DNA of 64,000 nt from the sequence record SRR2962707_660; one strand, 5' to 3'. Within the stretch, counting starts at the first letter, position 1; each line of letters opens with the position of its first letter. Below, one piece after another: positions 11,980 to 21,981 of the stretch. The notes beneath the pieces are model-generated. The model saw only the letters and a list, made by a program, of their open reading frames with translations. It was not told where the DNA came from and ran no database searches. The position numbers and the translations under genes are program-made.

Positions 11980-12072
11980 GGGCCTGCTCGGAGTCTGTAA
12001 ACGATTCTGTGGCAGTATAATGGTTAACGGGTCAACACGGCATGAACAGCCGGGAACTGCAAAGCTTCAAGC

Positions 12073-13116
12073 ATGAAAATCGCAGACCTCCGGATAGGCG
12101 CAGGCGAAGCGCCATTCATCATTGCGGAAATGTCGGGCAACCATAACCAGTCGCTCGAACGGGCGCTGGCCATCGTGGATGCGGCGGCGGAAGCCGGCGC
12201 ACATGCGCTGAAGCTCCAGACCTACACCGCCGACATGATGACGCTCGACCTCGAAATCGGCGAATTCTTCATCGACGACCCGAAAAGCCTCTGGAAGGGC
12301 CAATCGGCGCACACCCTCTACCAGAAGGCCTATACGCCTTGGGAATGGCACGAAACCATATTCGACCACGCAAAACAGCTCGGGATGGTCGCCTTCTCCT
12401 CGCCCTTCGACGAAAGCGCCGTCGACTTTCTCGAAGAGCTCGGTGTGCCCTGCTACAAGATTGCGTCCTACGAGAACACCGACCTGCCGCTAATCCGCAA
12501 GGCGGCGGCGACGGGCAAGCCGCTCATCATCTCGACCGGCATGGCGAGCGTCGCGGAACTGGGCGAAGCCGTGCAGACGGCGCGCGAGGCGGGCTGCGAA
12601 GATCTCGTGCTGCTGAAATGCACCAGCACCTATCCGGCGACACCGGAGAACACCAACATCCTGACGATCCCGCATATGCGCGACCTGTTCGGCTGCGAAG
12701 TCGGCCTTTCCGATCACACAATGGGGATCGGCGTTTCCGTGGCGGCGGTCGCGCTCGGCGCAACCGTGATCGAAAAGCATTTCACGCTGGCGCGTGCCGA
12801 TGGTGGCGTCGATTCCGCCTTCTCGCTTGAACCCGCCGAGCTTGCCGCCCTCGTTACCGAGACAGGCCGCGCAGGGCAGGCGCTGGGACATGTGCGTTAT
12901 GGGCCGACGGAGGCTGAAAGCCGCTCCGTGACGCGCCGCCGCTCGCTCTATATCGGCAAGGACATGAAGGCGGGCGACGTGCTGACGGAAGAAAATCTCC
13001 GTCGCGTTCGCCCCGGGCTCGGCCTGCCGCCGAAATTCTACGACAAGCTGCTCGGCCGCCGCGTAAACCGCGACCTCACCAAGGGAACGCCCGTGAGCTG
13101 GGACATCGTTGGATGA
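12073..13116 (+). CDS. pseI: Pseudaminic acid synthase (NeuB family)
   Basis: IAEMSGNHNQSLERA, KLQTYTAD, AYTPWEWH, LLKCTSTYPA, GLSDHT, IEKHFTL; C-terminal SAF domain. Confidence 0.95.
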   Translation: MKIADLRIGAGEAPFIIAEMSGNHNQSLERALAIVDAAAEAGAHALKLQTYTADMMTLDLEIGEFFIDDPKSLWKGQSAHTLYQKAYTPWEWHETIFDHAKQLGMVAFSSPFDESAVDFLEELGVPCYKIASYENTDLPLIRKAAATGKPLIISTGMASVAELGEAVQTAREAGCEDLVLLKCTSTYPATPENTNILTIPHMRDLFGCEVGLSDHTMGIGVSVAAVALGATVIEKHFTLARADGGVDSAFSLEPAELAALVTETGRAGQALGHVRYGPTEAESRSVTRRRSLYIGKDMKAGDVLTEENLRRVRPGLGLPPKFYDKLLGRRVNRDLTKGTPVSWDIVG

Positions 13117-14033
13117 GCGATATCGAAGATTATTTCCGCCTGCGCCGCGAAATGACGGCACTGGCAACGGCGGCCTTCGACGCAGGGGAGAATGTCGTCA
13201 ACACGCTCGTCGCGCGCTTTCCTGATGCAAAGCAGGAGGCGATCGAAATCGCCTATGAGCTGCAGGCCGGGTCCTACACGGCGAACCGCGACAAGCCCGC
13301 GGCTCTCGCCTATCGCGGCGAGCAGCACACCATCCTGTCGAACGACGTTCTGCCGCTCGCAGCGCGCCGCGACGGCGCTTCGCTTCTCGACGCGGGAACA
13401 GGCGAAGGCACAGGCTGGTACGGCTTCGATTTCGCGGCCTCGTCCATCGGCGAACTCCACGCCGTCGATATCAGCCTTCGCCGTCTTTCCTTCGTGGAAC
13501 AAAACCTGACGAACCCTCCCGCCCGGCTGTCGACTGTGCGGGCGGATCTCCGCGACCTGCCCTATTTTCCGGGTTCGTTCGATATCGTCGTGACCATGCA
13601 TGCGGTGGAGCCGAACGGCGGCAGCGAGCACGATATTCTCGGCGACCTCGCGGCGCTTTCCTCCGACATGCTTTGCCTCTTCGAACCGGATTACCGGGCC
13701 GCCTCGCCGGAAGGGAAAGCACGTATGGAGAAGCTCGGCTATGCACTCGAAATCTTCGAGGCCGCGCGGGCATTGCCGGATTTCGATATCGCTTTCGAGC
13801 GCCCGCTTCCCTCCGCGACCAACCCGCTGAACCCCACCACCGTCATCTGCCTGAAGCGGAAAAACGCAAAGCAGGCAACGCTCAGGCGAAAATCGCCGCT
13901 CGCGGAACTCGAGCTTGCCGATCATGGCGACCATTTTGCAGAGACGGGTCCCGGCGCAAGCGCGATCTTCCCCGTCATCGGCGGTATCGGCTGCCTGCGC
14001 AAGAGCGATGCGGTCATGAGAATCGGCCGCTGA
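13113..14033 (+). CDS. Class I SAM-dependent methyltransferase
   Basis: LLDAGTGEGT, AVDISLRR, ADLRDLPY..SFDIVVT; ATGA overlap with pseI; Trm112-like tail (FPVIGGIGCL). Confidence 0.82.
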   Translation: MSDIEDYFRLRREMTALATAAFDAGENVVNTLVARFPDAKQEAIEIAYELQAGSYTANRDKPAALAYRGEQHTILSNDVLPLAARRDGASLLDAGTGEGTGWYGFDFAASSIGELHAVDISLRRLSFVEQNLTNPPARLSTVRADLRDLPYFPGSFDIVVTMHAVEPNGGSEHDILGDLAALSSDMLCLFEPDYRAASPEGKARMEKLGYALEIFEAARALPDFDIAFERPLPSATNPLNPTTVICLKRKNAKQATLRRKSPLAELELADHGDHFAETGPGASAIFPVIGGIGCLRKSDAVMRIGR

Positions 14034-14046
14034 TCCGCACCTTGCA

Positions 14047-14112
14047 GTAACCCCGAATTAACCACGCTGACGCGCCCGAAACGGGACAAAACCGGCTGGC
14101 GCACAACTTGCG
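14047..14112 (+). promoter_or_regulatory. CtrA-like box (14047-14062) and sigma54 -24/-12 element (14097-14112) upstream of wbaP
   Basis: GTAA-CCCCGAA-TTAAC; TGGCGCACAACTTGCG. Confidence 0.55.
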
Positions 14113-14150
14113 ACCACATCACCAACTGTCGCATTCGGAAACAAGTTGGC

Positions 14151-15716
14151 GTGAGTACCGTGACCGCAATTGAAAATCACATTCCGGCCTTCAGCAAGGC
14201 GGCCCCCGTCGCCGCTCCCGCCGTCGAAGGCTTTGAGAACACCTACCGCGAGGAAACGGGCGCCGGTACGCGACTGACGCCGCTTGCCGACCGTTTCATG
14301 CTGCTGGTCGGCGATCTCGGCGCACTGGTGCTGGCGCAGGTGATTGCCGGCTCCATCGCTTTCGGCATCAATGTGCAGGTTCTCAATACGGAATTCGCGG
14401 CTCTGGAGGCCGGCGAGCTGACAAGCCGCCTCGTTCGCATAGGTTTCCTGCTGATGCTGCCCGTTCTGTGGTGGGCCGCAAAGGGCCACTATTCGAAGCG
14501 CACCCCGTTCTGGGCCGAGACCAAGGAAATCGTGAAGGGCATCGCGCTGGTCGCCCTTGTCGACGGCTTCCTTCAGTACCTGACCAAGGACTATTTCTCG
14601 CGGCTCTGGATGCTCCAGGCGTGGATCTGGGCGCTGGCGCTTGTCCCGGTGACACGTATCGCAATGAGACATGTCCTGAAGCGGTACGGCAGCTGGACCG
14701 CGCCGGTCCTCCTGATCGGCTCGAAAGAGAACACCGACGAAGCCGCTCAGGTGCTCGAGGACGAACCTTATCTCGGCTACGAAGTGGCGGGCGCCATCGA
14801 TCTCGCTGAGCTTACTTCCGAGCGCAACGCCTCCAACCCTGCGAGCCTTCTCTATCAGGCGGGCGGCCAGCTCTCCGCTGCCCTGAAGCTCGCCTGCACC
14901 CGTCACGGCGCACGCTTCGTGGTTCTTGCCCCTTCGCCGGAGGAAATGGCGAGCCTTGACCACATCCTGCGCGCGCTGCACCGCGCCCGCATCGCCTTTT
15001 CAATCGTGCCGCCGGTGAAGGGCATCGGCGTGATGGCGCTCGAGGCCGGCAACTTCTTCAGCCACGACCTCGTGATGCTGACGCTCGCCGACAATTTGAA
15101 CCGGCCGATGGCGCGCCTCATGAAGCGCAGCTTCGACCTTGCCGTCGCGAGCGCCGCGCTCGCCGTGCTGGCCCCCTTCTTCTGGGTCGTCTCCGGCCTT
15201 ATCCGTCTCGACGGCGGACCGGCTTTCTTCGCCCATCGCCGCGTCGGCGAGAAGGGCCGCGATTTCCATTGCCGCAAGTTCCGCACGATGCATGTCGACA
15301 GCGACGCGATCCTGAAGGACGTGCTCGAAAACAACCCGCAGGCCGCCGCCGAATGGGCCCGCGACCAGAAGCTCCGCAACGATCCGCGCGTGACGGCGGT
15401 GGGCGCCTTCCTGCGCAAGACGAGCCTCGACGAACTGCCGCAGCTCATCAACGTGATCCGCGGCGAGATGAGCCTTGTCGGCCCCCGCCCTGTCACCTAC
15501 GCGGAAGTCCTGCGCTATGGCGAGGACGCGGAATACTACCTCTCCGCAAAGCCCGGTATCACCGGTCTCTGGCAGGTGAGCGGCCGCAACGACACGACCT
15601 ATATGCGCCGCGTTGAGCTCGACGCCTGGTATGTGAAGAACTGGTCGCTCTGGCAGGATATCGCGATCATGTTCAAGACCTTCCCGGCCGTGCTGCTGCG
15701 CCGCGGCGCCTGCTGA
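14151..15716 (+). CDS. wbaP: Undecaprenyl-phosphate galactose phosphotransferase (WbaP-type priming GT)
   Basis: N-terminal TM helices, GHYSKRTPFW, KRSFDL, KFRTM, DPRVTAVGAFLRKTSLDELPQL, MSLVGPRP, KPGITGLWQVSGR. Sugar specificity is uncertain. Confidence 0.88.
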   Translation: MSTVTAIENHIPAFSKAAPVAAPAVEGFENTYREETGAGTRLTPLADRFMLLVGDLGALVLAQVIAGSIAFGINVQVLNTEFAALEAGELTSRLVRIGFLLMLPVLWWAAKGHYSKRTPFWAETKEIVKGIALVALVDGFLQYLTKDYFSRLWMLQAWIWALALVPVTRIAMRHVLKRYGSWTAPVLLIGSKENTDEAAQVLEDEPYLGYEVAGAIDLAELTSERNASNPASLLYQAGGQLSAALKLACTRHGARFVVLAPSPEEMASLDHILRALHRARIAFSIVPPVKGIGVMALEAGNFFSHDLVMLTLADNLNRPMARLMKRSFDLAVASAALAVLAPFFWVVSGLIRLDGGPAFFAHRRVGEKGRDFHCRKFRTMHVDSDAILKDVLENNPQAAAEWARDQKLRNDPRVTAVGAFLRKTSLDELPQLINVIRGEMSLVGPRPVTYAEVLRYGEDAEYYLSAKPGITGLWQVSGRNDTTYMRRVELDAWYVKNWSLWQDIAIMFKTFPAVLLRRGAC

Positions 15717-15719
15717 GGG

Positions 15720-16016
15720 TCAGGCTTCGGGTTTTGGGGTCTCGCTGACGACGGATACGCCGCGTTTCTCCGCGCGGCGTATTTCCCTTTTCACTTTCGC
15801 CGCCTGCCAACGGCGGCCCACCCGCACGATCACGACGCGCCGCCAGCGCCGCCCGCGCGGGTGGTCGAGGGTCAGGATGGTCAAGCCGATCGGTATCACC
15901 GCAGGCCCCGGAGGGCCGGGAATGAACCCCAGAATGACGAGAACGACCCCCGCGCCCACACGCCCGGTGCGGCTTTTCGGCACGGGAATGCGATATTTTC
16001 CGATCCTGATTTTCAT
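15720..16016 (-). CDS. Small basic membrane protein (PGPGW-like)
   Basis: 98 aa MKIRIGKY...GVVLVILGFIPGPPGPAVIPIGLTIL...RRWRR. Confidence 0.6.
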   Translation of the reverse strand: MKIRIGKYRIPVPKSRTGRVGAGVVLVILGFIPGPPGPAVIPIGLTILTLDHPRGRRWRRVVIVRVGRRWQAAKVKREIRRAEKRGVSVVSETPKPEA

Positions 16017-16188
16017 TTCAGCCGCCAGATTGCCTTGCACCGCCGCCCTTAACCGGGCCGACACAGGGAGATACGAAGCCGGACCCCTTTTTCCAGCGGG
16101 AGATTTGTGCGATTTTGACACGAAGTGTTTGAAGACAGGGCGCCGTAACCACGAACTCGCAAGGTAACGCCCCCGGAAGGAGGACCAG

Positions 16189-17061
16189 ATGTCCGCCCCT
16201 CGCACTGAAACGCCGAGCCAGAGTACCAGCGAAATCCCATTCGCTGCCCGCAATCGCCAGTTTCATGCCGGCGAAAGCAAACACTGGTACGCCGGCGATC
16301 CGGCGGTCTCCGCTTATTACAACGCATTGTCAGCGCTGTTTCCGGCGGGCGAAACGTTCTTTTGCGAAACGATACGCGCCCAGAAAAGCAAGGTCACAGA
16401 CCCGAAGCTCAAGACCGAGATGAAGGAATTCCTTGGCCAAGAGTCGATCCATGCGCGCGAACATCACATCTACAACAAGCGCATCGCCTTGCAGGGCTAT
16501 CCAATGGAAGCGCTTGAACGGCGCTCGGAAAGGATGCAGGCAGTCGGCCGCTTGCTGCCGAAAAAGCTGCAACTGGGCCTTACAGTGGCGCTTGAGCACT
16601 ACACCACCATTATCTCAGACTGCCTGCTCAACGTCCGCGGCCATTTCGCCGAGCATGTCTCGCCCCCTGACTATGAATTCTGGATCTGGCACTCGATCGA
16701 GGAAACCGAGCACAAGTCGGTCGCCTTCGATGTGCTGAAGGCCATCACCTCACCGCCGGCATTTTACGCGATCCGCGTCTTCTCGCTGTTTGCGACGACG
16801 TTGAGCTTCAATGCGATTTTGCTCCTCCATATCCGCACGCTTTTGAAAACGGACGGATTGCAATGGAGCCCGATGGCATGGGGACGCATTCTCCACTACA
16901 TGTGGGTTTTTCCCGGCGCCTGGCGCGTTTGTTTCCCCGCCTGGATGGCCTGGCTGAAGCCCGGCTTCCATCCGTGGCAGAACGACAACCGCGAGCTCGT
17001 GGCGACCTGGAAGGCCGAGCAAGGCGAAAAGCCGTTCGCGACCATAATCGACGCCGCGTGA
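16189..17061 (+). CDS. 'Metal-dependent hydrolase' (PF10118-type, ferritin-like diiron motifs), copy 1
   Basis: FPAGETFF, GQESIHAREH, LEHYT, WHSIEETEHKSVAFDV, PGFHPW; RBS GGAGG. Confidence 0.88.
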   Translation: MSAPRTETPSQSTSEIPFAARNRQFHAGESKHWYAGDPAVSAYYNALSALFPAGETFFCETIRAQKSKVTDPKLKTEMKEFLGQESIHAREHHIYNKRIALQGYPMEALERRSERMQAVGRLLPKKLQLGLTVALEHYTTIISDCLLNVRGHFAEHVSPPDYEFWIWHSIEETEHKSVAFDVLKAITSPPAFYAIRVFSLFATTLSFNAILLLHIRTLLKTDGLQWSPMAWGRILHYMWVFPGAWRVCFPAWMAWLKPGFHPWQNDNRELVATWKAEQGEKPFATIIDAA

Positions 17062-17263
17062 GGCTCACCGGAAGAACAATCCAGCAATCTTGCGGCTTTC
17101 GAGCATCCGCCAGCGCCCCGTGAAACCACAGACGGAAACCCCAGATTGAAAATGTGGGGTCCGGTTCCGCCATAGAATTGTGCGATTTTGTGGCGAGGCA
17201 TTGAATGCAAGGCACAACTGACAAAAATGTAGGGGGAAGTCGCAGACAAAGAGGAGTGCGCCC

Positions 17264-18145
17264 ATGTCCACCGCCGAGCCCGACCAGGCCGCCCGCGGCC
17301 AGAGCGGAAGCGAACTGGCCTTCGCCACACGCAACCGCCAGTTTCAGGCTGGCGAGCGCCGCCACTGGTACAATGGCGACCCTGTCGTCACGGCCTATTT
17401 CAACGCGCTTTCGGCGATGTTCCCCGTCGGCGAGCGTTTCTTCTGCGACACTGTGCGCTACCAGAAACACAAGATCACCGATCCGAAGCTGCAAGGCGAG
17501 ATCCGGGAGTTTCTCGGACAGGAAGCAATCCATTCCCGCGAACACCAGGCCTATAACAATCGCATCGCCGCGCAGGGCTATCCGATGTGGAAGCTGGAGC
17601 GCCGTTCCGCCCGCATGCAGAACCTCGGTCGATTGCTAATGCCGAAGAAAGCACAGCTCGGCCAGACGGTCGCGCTGGAGCATTTCACGGCAGTGCTCGC
17701 CGATCATTTGCTTCGGGAGCGCGAGACCTTCGCAAGCCACGCCTCGCCAGAAGAATACGAACTCTGGATGTGGCACGCGGTGGAGGAGACGGAGCACAAG
17801 GCCGTCGCCTTCGATGTGCTGAAGGCCGTCACGAAGCCCACGACCTTCTATTTCCTGCGTGTGCGCTCGCTGCTTATGGCGACGTTCTTCTTCAACCTCA
17901 ACCTGTTCCTGCACATCCGCAATTTGCTGACGGTCGAGCGGATGCAATGGAGCCCACGCGCCTGGGGCCGGCTCTTCCGCTATCTCTGGATCAACCCTGG
18001 CCCCTTGCGGAAATCGATTCCCGCCTATCTGGACTGGTTCAAACCGAGCTTCCATCCCTGGCAGCACGACAACCGCGAACTCGTGGCCGAATGGAAGGTG
18101 GAGCATGGCGAGGAGCCGGCTCACGCCGCTACGGCGGCAGCCTGA
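17264..18145 (+). CDS. 'Metal-dependent hydrolase' (PF10118-type), copy 2
   Basis: FPVGERFF, GQEAIHSREH, LEHFT, WHAVEETEHKAVAFDV, PSFHPW; colinear paralog of copy 1. Confidence 0.88.
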   Translation: MSTAEPDQAARGQSGSELAFATRNRQFQAGERRHWYNGDPVVTAYFNALSAMFPVGERFFCDTVRYQKHKITDPKLQGEIREFLGQEAIHSREHQAYNNRIAAQGYPMWKLERRSARMQNLGRLLMPKKAQLGQTVALEHFTAVLADHLLRERETFASHASPEEYELWMWHAVEETEHKAVAFDVLKAVTKPTTFYFLRVRSLLMATFFFNLNLFLHIRNLLTVERMQWSPRAWGRLFRYLWINPGPLRKSIPAYLDWFKPSFHPWQHDNRELVAEWKVEHGEEPAHAATAAA

Positions 18146-18265
18146 ATCTCAACCACGAAGCACGAGATAGGCGTCGCAGATTTCGATCATACGGTCGCGT
18201 CCGAAACTCGGGTCATGGCCGCCATGGACCGTCTCGAGATCGGGACCGCGCGGCCGCCTTGGCGG

Positions 18266-18859
18266 TCAGAAAATCAGCGCACCGATGCAAACGAGGCTGA
18301 GCGACAGCATCGCACCGGACATCACCGGGACCACGCGCTTGAAGCGCCGCTTCGTCCAGGGCCGGACGGACGATTCCCGAGCCGCCTGAACGATGGCCCC
18401 TCCATGCGGAGACTTTTCCTCCGCTTCATCGCTCTCCGCGATCACGCGCACCTGCGCGTCGATGACCGCCCCGCGATGCGTGACGAGCTTCGTGCACTTT
18501 ACTTCTCCCGCGATCCGGCTCGACGAACGCAGGATTATCTCTCCCGCGCATTCGAGCGTCCCGTCGAACACACCGGCGATTTCGGCGCGAAGGACCGAAG
18601 CCTGCCCCTCGACGCGGCCTGTTGCGCCGATCGACAGTTGAAACGCTCGCAGATCGGCGTTTACGGCAGCGCCGTCGACAAAAATCGAACCCTGTGTTTC
18701 GAAAGAGCCCTCGAAAAGACTGTTCTCACCGATCGTGATGTCTTCATTACCGGCCCGGAGAATGCGGACCGGTGCCTCGGTCCTGCGGACCTGACTGTCC
18801 TTGGCAGACGCGTCCATGCCGACGTTTGCCGTATTCATGTTCCCCAGCGACATTTTCAT
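18266..18859 (-). CDS. Bactofilin (polymer-forming cytoskeletal protein) with C-terminal hydrophobic helix
   Basis: ITIGENSLFEGSF...IFVDG...LSIGATGRVEG...AEIAGVFDGTL...SSRIAGEV...GAVIDAQ. Confidence 0.8.
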   Translation of the reverse strand: MKMSLGNMNTANVGMDASAKDSQVRRTEAPVRILRAGNEDITIGENSLFEGSFETQGSIFVDGAAVNADLRAFQLSIGATGRVEGQASVLRAEIAGVFDGTLECAGEIILRSSSRIAGEVKCTKLVTHRGAVIDAQVRVIAESDEAEEKSPHGGAIVQAARESSVRPWTKRRFKRVVPVMSGAMLSLSLVCIGALIF

Positions 18860-19037
18860 CTCCCATCCGCTTGGATTCACAGAAGCGTCCGTAAACCCGA
18901 AGGTCCGACAGAACGCTTGTACGAGCGGATAGACTGCTCTCCCGATGGATTAAAAACTCTTTCCCAAAAGGAGGGATGCATCCGGGATGGAGAGAATATG
19001 GCTAACGACGACACCAATTCGGCAGAGAACGGACAAA

Positions 19038-20471
19038 TTATTCCGCCGCAGGTTTCTTTACGTCCCGTCCATAGACGTCGTCATAGCGCACGATGTCGTC
19101 TTCGCCGAGATAGGAACCTGACTGAACCTCGATGATGCTCAGAGGCTCGTCACCGGGGTTGGCGAGCCGATGCCTGGTGCCGATGGGAATATAGGTGGAC
19201 TCGTTCTCTTCAAGAATTTTGACCTTGTCGCCGACAGTCACTTCCGCACGGCCTTTGACTACGACCCAGTGTTCCGCCCGGTGGTGATGCATCTGCAGGG
19301 AAAGCGCCGCGCGCGGATGAACCATCAAATGTTTCACCTGATGCCGGTCGCCGGAATCGAGACTTTCGTAAAAACCCCACGGACGATAGACGCGGCTGTG
19401 CGCCCGATGCTCCGTTCTCCCGGCTGCGGCCAGCCGCTCGACGACTTTCTTTACGTCCTGAACACTGTCGCGCGCCGCGACGAGAAGCGCATCTCCCGTC
19501 TCGACGATGATCAGGTTCTCCAGTCCGACGGTGGCGACGAGACCTGCTTCCGCGCGCACGAAACAATCGCGCGTGTCTTCCGCGATAACGTCACCGGCAA
19601 GAACATTACCTTGCGCATCCTTCTCGCCGATTTCCCACAGCGCCGACCACGAGCCGATATCGCTCCAGCCGATATCGACCGGGACGACGGCCGCCGTCGA
19701 CACGTGCTCCATCACCGCATAGTCGATCGAGTCGGAAGGGCAGGCCGCGAATGCCTGCGGATCGAGCCGGAGAAAGTCCAGATCCCTCACACCCTTCACT
19801 ACCGCCTCGCTTGAGCAAGCCGCAATCTCGGGGCAATGGGTTCTCATTTCGTCGAGTATCGTGTCCGCCCGGAACATGAAAATGCCGGCGTTCCAATCGT
19901 AACCGCCTTCGGCGAGATAGGATTTCGCGGTTTCGAGATCGGGCTTCTCGACAAAGCGCTCCACGGCGAAGGCATCGCTCCCGGGCAAACGCTCGCCCCG
20001 CTTCACATATCCATATCCGGTCTCGGGCCCGGAAGGCAGCACGCCGAACGTCACCAGCTTTCCTGCCTCAGCGAGACTGGCGCCCTGGGAAACGGCGTCG
20101 AGAAAGGCGGCGACATCGGCAATATGGTGATCGGCAGGCAGCACGAGAAGGATGCCTCTCGGATCGTGCGTCTGCACGAAGGCAGCGGCAGCGGCAGCGG
20201 CGGGAGCTGTGTTGCGGCCCTGCGGTTCAAGGATGTGGGCAAGCGGCGTGATTCTGGCATCGCGCATCTGCTGTGCGATGATGAACCGGTGTTCTTCGTT
20301 CGACACGATGATGGGACCGGCGAACTGCGCTCCTCCGGACACCCGCAGAGCGGTTTCGAGCAGCATGGCGCGCTCGGAAACGAGCGGCAGCAATTGCTTG
20401 GGATAGAGCGCCCGGGAGGTAGGCCAGAGCCGTGAACCGACACCGCCCGAGAGAATGACCGGATAGATCAT
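19038..20471 (-). CDS. manC: Mannose-1-phosphate guanylyltransferase / mannose-6-phosphate isomerase
   Basis: PVILSGGVGSRLWPTSR..PKQ, EPQGRNTAPA, FVEKPD, SIDYAVME, RPWG, SLQMHHHRAEHW, EVQSGSYLGEDDIVR. Confidence 0.95.
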   Translation of the reverse strand: MIYPVILSGGVGSRLWPTSRALYPKQLLPLVSERAMLLETALRVSGGAQFAGPIIVSNEEHRFIIAQQMRDARITPLAHILEPQGRNTAPAAAAAAAFVQTHDPRGILLVLPADHHIADVAAFLDAVSQGASLAEAGKLVTFGVLPSGPETGYGYVKRGERLPGSDAFAVERFVEKPDLETAKSYLAEGGYDWNAGIFMFRADTILDEMRTHCPEIAACSSEAVVKGVRDLDFLRLDPQAFAACPSDSIDYAVMEHVSTAAVVPVDIGWSDIGSWSALWEIGEKDAQGNVLAGDVIAEDTRDCFVRAEAGLVATVGLENLIIVETGDALLVAARDSVQDVKKVVERLAAAGRTEHRAHSRVYRPWGFYESLDSGDRHQVKHLMVHPRAALSLQMHHHRAEHWVVVKGRAEVTVGDKVKILEENESTYIPIGTRHRLANPGDEPLSIIEVQSGSYLGEDDIVRYDDVYGRDVKKPAAE

Positions 20472-20636
20472 GCGTTTCGTCGCCCCGCCCTGAAACCCTT
20501 GCCTCGTATCCCGCCCGTCTCGAGCGGGCGTGGCCAAATACTAGAGGAAGGCAATGGCCTTTTCACCCCACCGCGTGAATTTCGGTTAACCGGCACTGAA
20601 ATCGGACGGACTTTCACTGAAAGGTCCGCGACGAGG

Positions 20637-21977
20637 CTAGAGCTTGAAGAATCCCAGAAGCGTTCCGATAGCAGGCTCGAACCGGTCTGGATCCCGCTCA
20701 ATCGTCATGTGGTACTCGGCAACGCCCCACGGAGAGGCACCGAGCAGGATCGCGAGAAGCGTGTTGCCGGTCATACGGAACCGCAGCCACGGTCTTCCCG
20801 CCCCGGCGGGTTCCGTTGGCAATTCTGAGTTATCGAGCGCCATCCTGATTTCAAAGTGCTTGCGTCCCGCGAGCGGCACGCCTTCGCTCGCCACGACATC
20901 GAGATAAATATCGAGCTCCGGGAAAATGCCGAGCACCTCCTGCCGCGACCACATGGACGCCCTCGCTTTGCCGACGAGCGAACGCCAGGGCACACGGATA
21001 CCGGCCGGGATGCGAATTTCATCGAGGTCGGAGGGCTCTGCCGCAAGCGTTTGCGCATAAGCGATGCGATCGGAAACCGAAAAGTCGCGGATGGCGTCTG
21101 AAACCGTTTCCTCGACCGATCCATCGCCCGCATCGAGCCTGTCTCCTGGCGCGAGCTGGCGAAGACCGTCCGCCGCACCCCCCCTCGCAGACCAAGCACT
21201 GCCGATATCCGCCGGTGTCGCCTGACACTGATAGACGGCAAGGCCGGCTGCCTTTCCACCGAAGACGAAAGATCCTGCCGCCGGCACGGAATAGCGCGCG
21301 CCCATGGCCGCAGCCAGATCGCAAAACTTGCCGACGCGGTCTGTCATCAATTGTTCGACCCGGCGCATTTTCTCGCTGTGGTCATACTGGCTGAACATCG
21401 CCGGAAAGACGCTGACGGAAGCGTAGGGCAGTATTGCGACGTCGATGGGGCCGAAACGCTCGCCGATCTCCTGTGCGTGTCTGAGCTGGATCGGATTATC
21501 GACATTGTGAAAGAGCCGCGCACCACCCGGCTCTCCTACATAGATCGACGTGTCGATGGGCAGGTTCGTTTTGTTTTCCAGATCGTCGTTCGAGCCCGCG
21601 AACTGTTCAAAGATACAGATATCGATACCCTCGACCTTCACCGTCTCACCAAACGGCAGTTCTCGTACATCCGAGAACCCAAGACTGCGAATGGCATTCG
21701 CAAGAGCGGGCGTTGGAAATTTGCCCGTCAGAATGGGGGTCTCCTTCGGATAGTGCGCCAGCGTCGGTGGGTCGAAATGATCGCCATGAATATGGCTGAT
21801 GTAGATGTAATCAGGCTTGAGCCCGAGAAATCTCTCTTTCAACAGCGCGGGCAAGGGAGGGTAATTGAAGATAAGTCCGTGATAGATACCATCCGTGTAC
21901 CAAGGGTCTGTCAGGATCGATCGTCCATCGTCGAGCTCGATCAGGAATGATGCATTCGCGATGAATTCGAGCTTCAT
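20637..21977 (-). CDS. MBL-fold metalloenzyme (UlaG / CMP-Neu5Ac hydroxylase-like, no Rieske domain)
   Basis: ILTDPW, PDYIYISHIHGDHFDPPTL, IDTS, HNVD, VPAAG. Confidence 0.75.
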   Translation of the reverse strand: MKLEFIANASFLIELDDGRSILTDPWYTDGIYHGLIFNYPPLPALLKERFLGLKPDYIYISHIHGDHFDPPTLAHYPKETPILTGKFPTPALANAIRSLGFSDVRELPFGETVKVEGIDICIFEQFAGSNDDLENKTNLPIDTSIYVGEPGGARLFHNVDNPIQLRHAQEIGERFGPIDVAILPYASVSVFPAMFSQYDHSEKMRRVEQLMTDRVGKFCDLAAAMGARYSVPAAGSFVFGGKAAGLAVYQCQATPADIGSAWSARGGAADGLRQLAPGDRLDAGDGSVEETVSDAIRDFSVSDRIAYAQTLAAEPSDLDEIRIPAGIRVPWRSLVGKARASMWSRQEVLGIFPELDIYLDVVASEGVPLAGRKHFEIRMALDNSELPTEPAGAGRPWLRFRMTGNTLLAILLGASPWGVAEYHMTIERDPDRFEPAIGTLLGFFKL

Positions 21978-21981
21978 CCAC

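Noticed and set aside
20181-20205. GGCAGC short repeat
   Set aside because: Simply encodes a poly-Ala stretch in ManC
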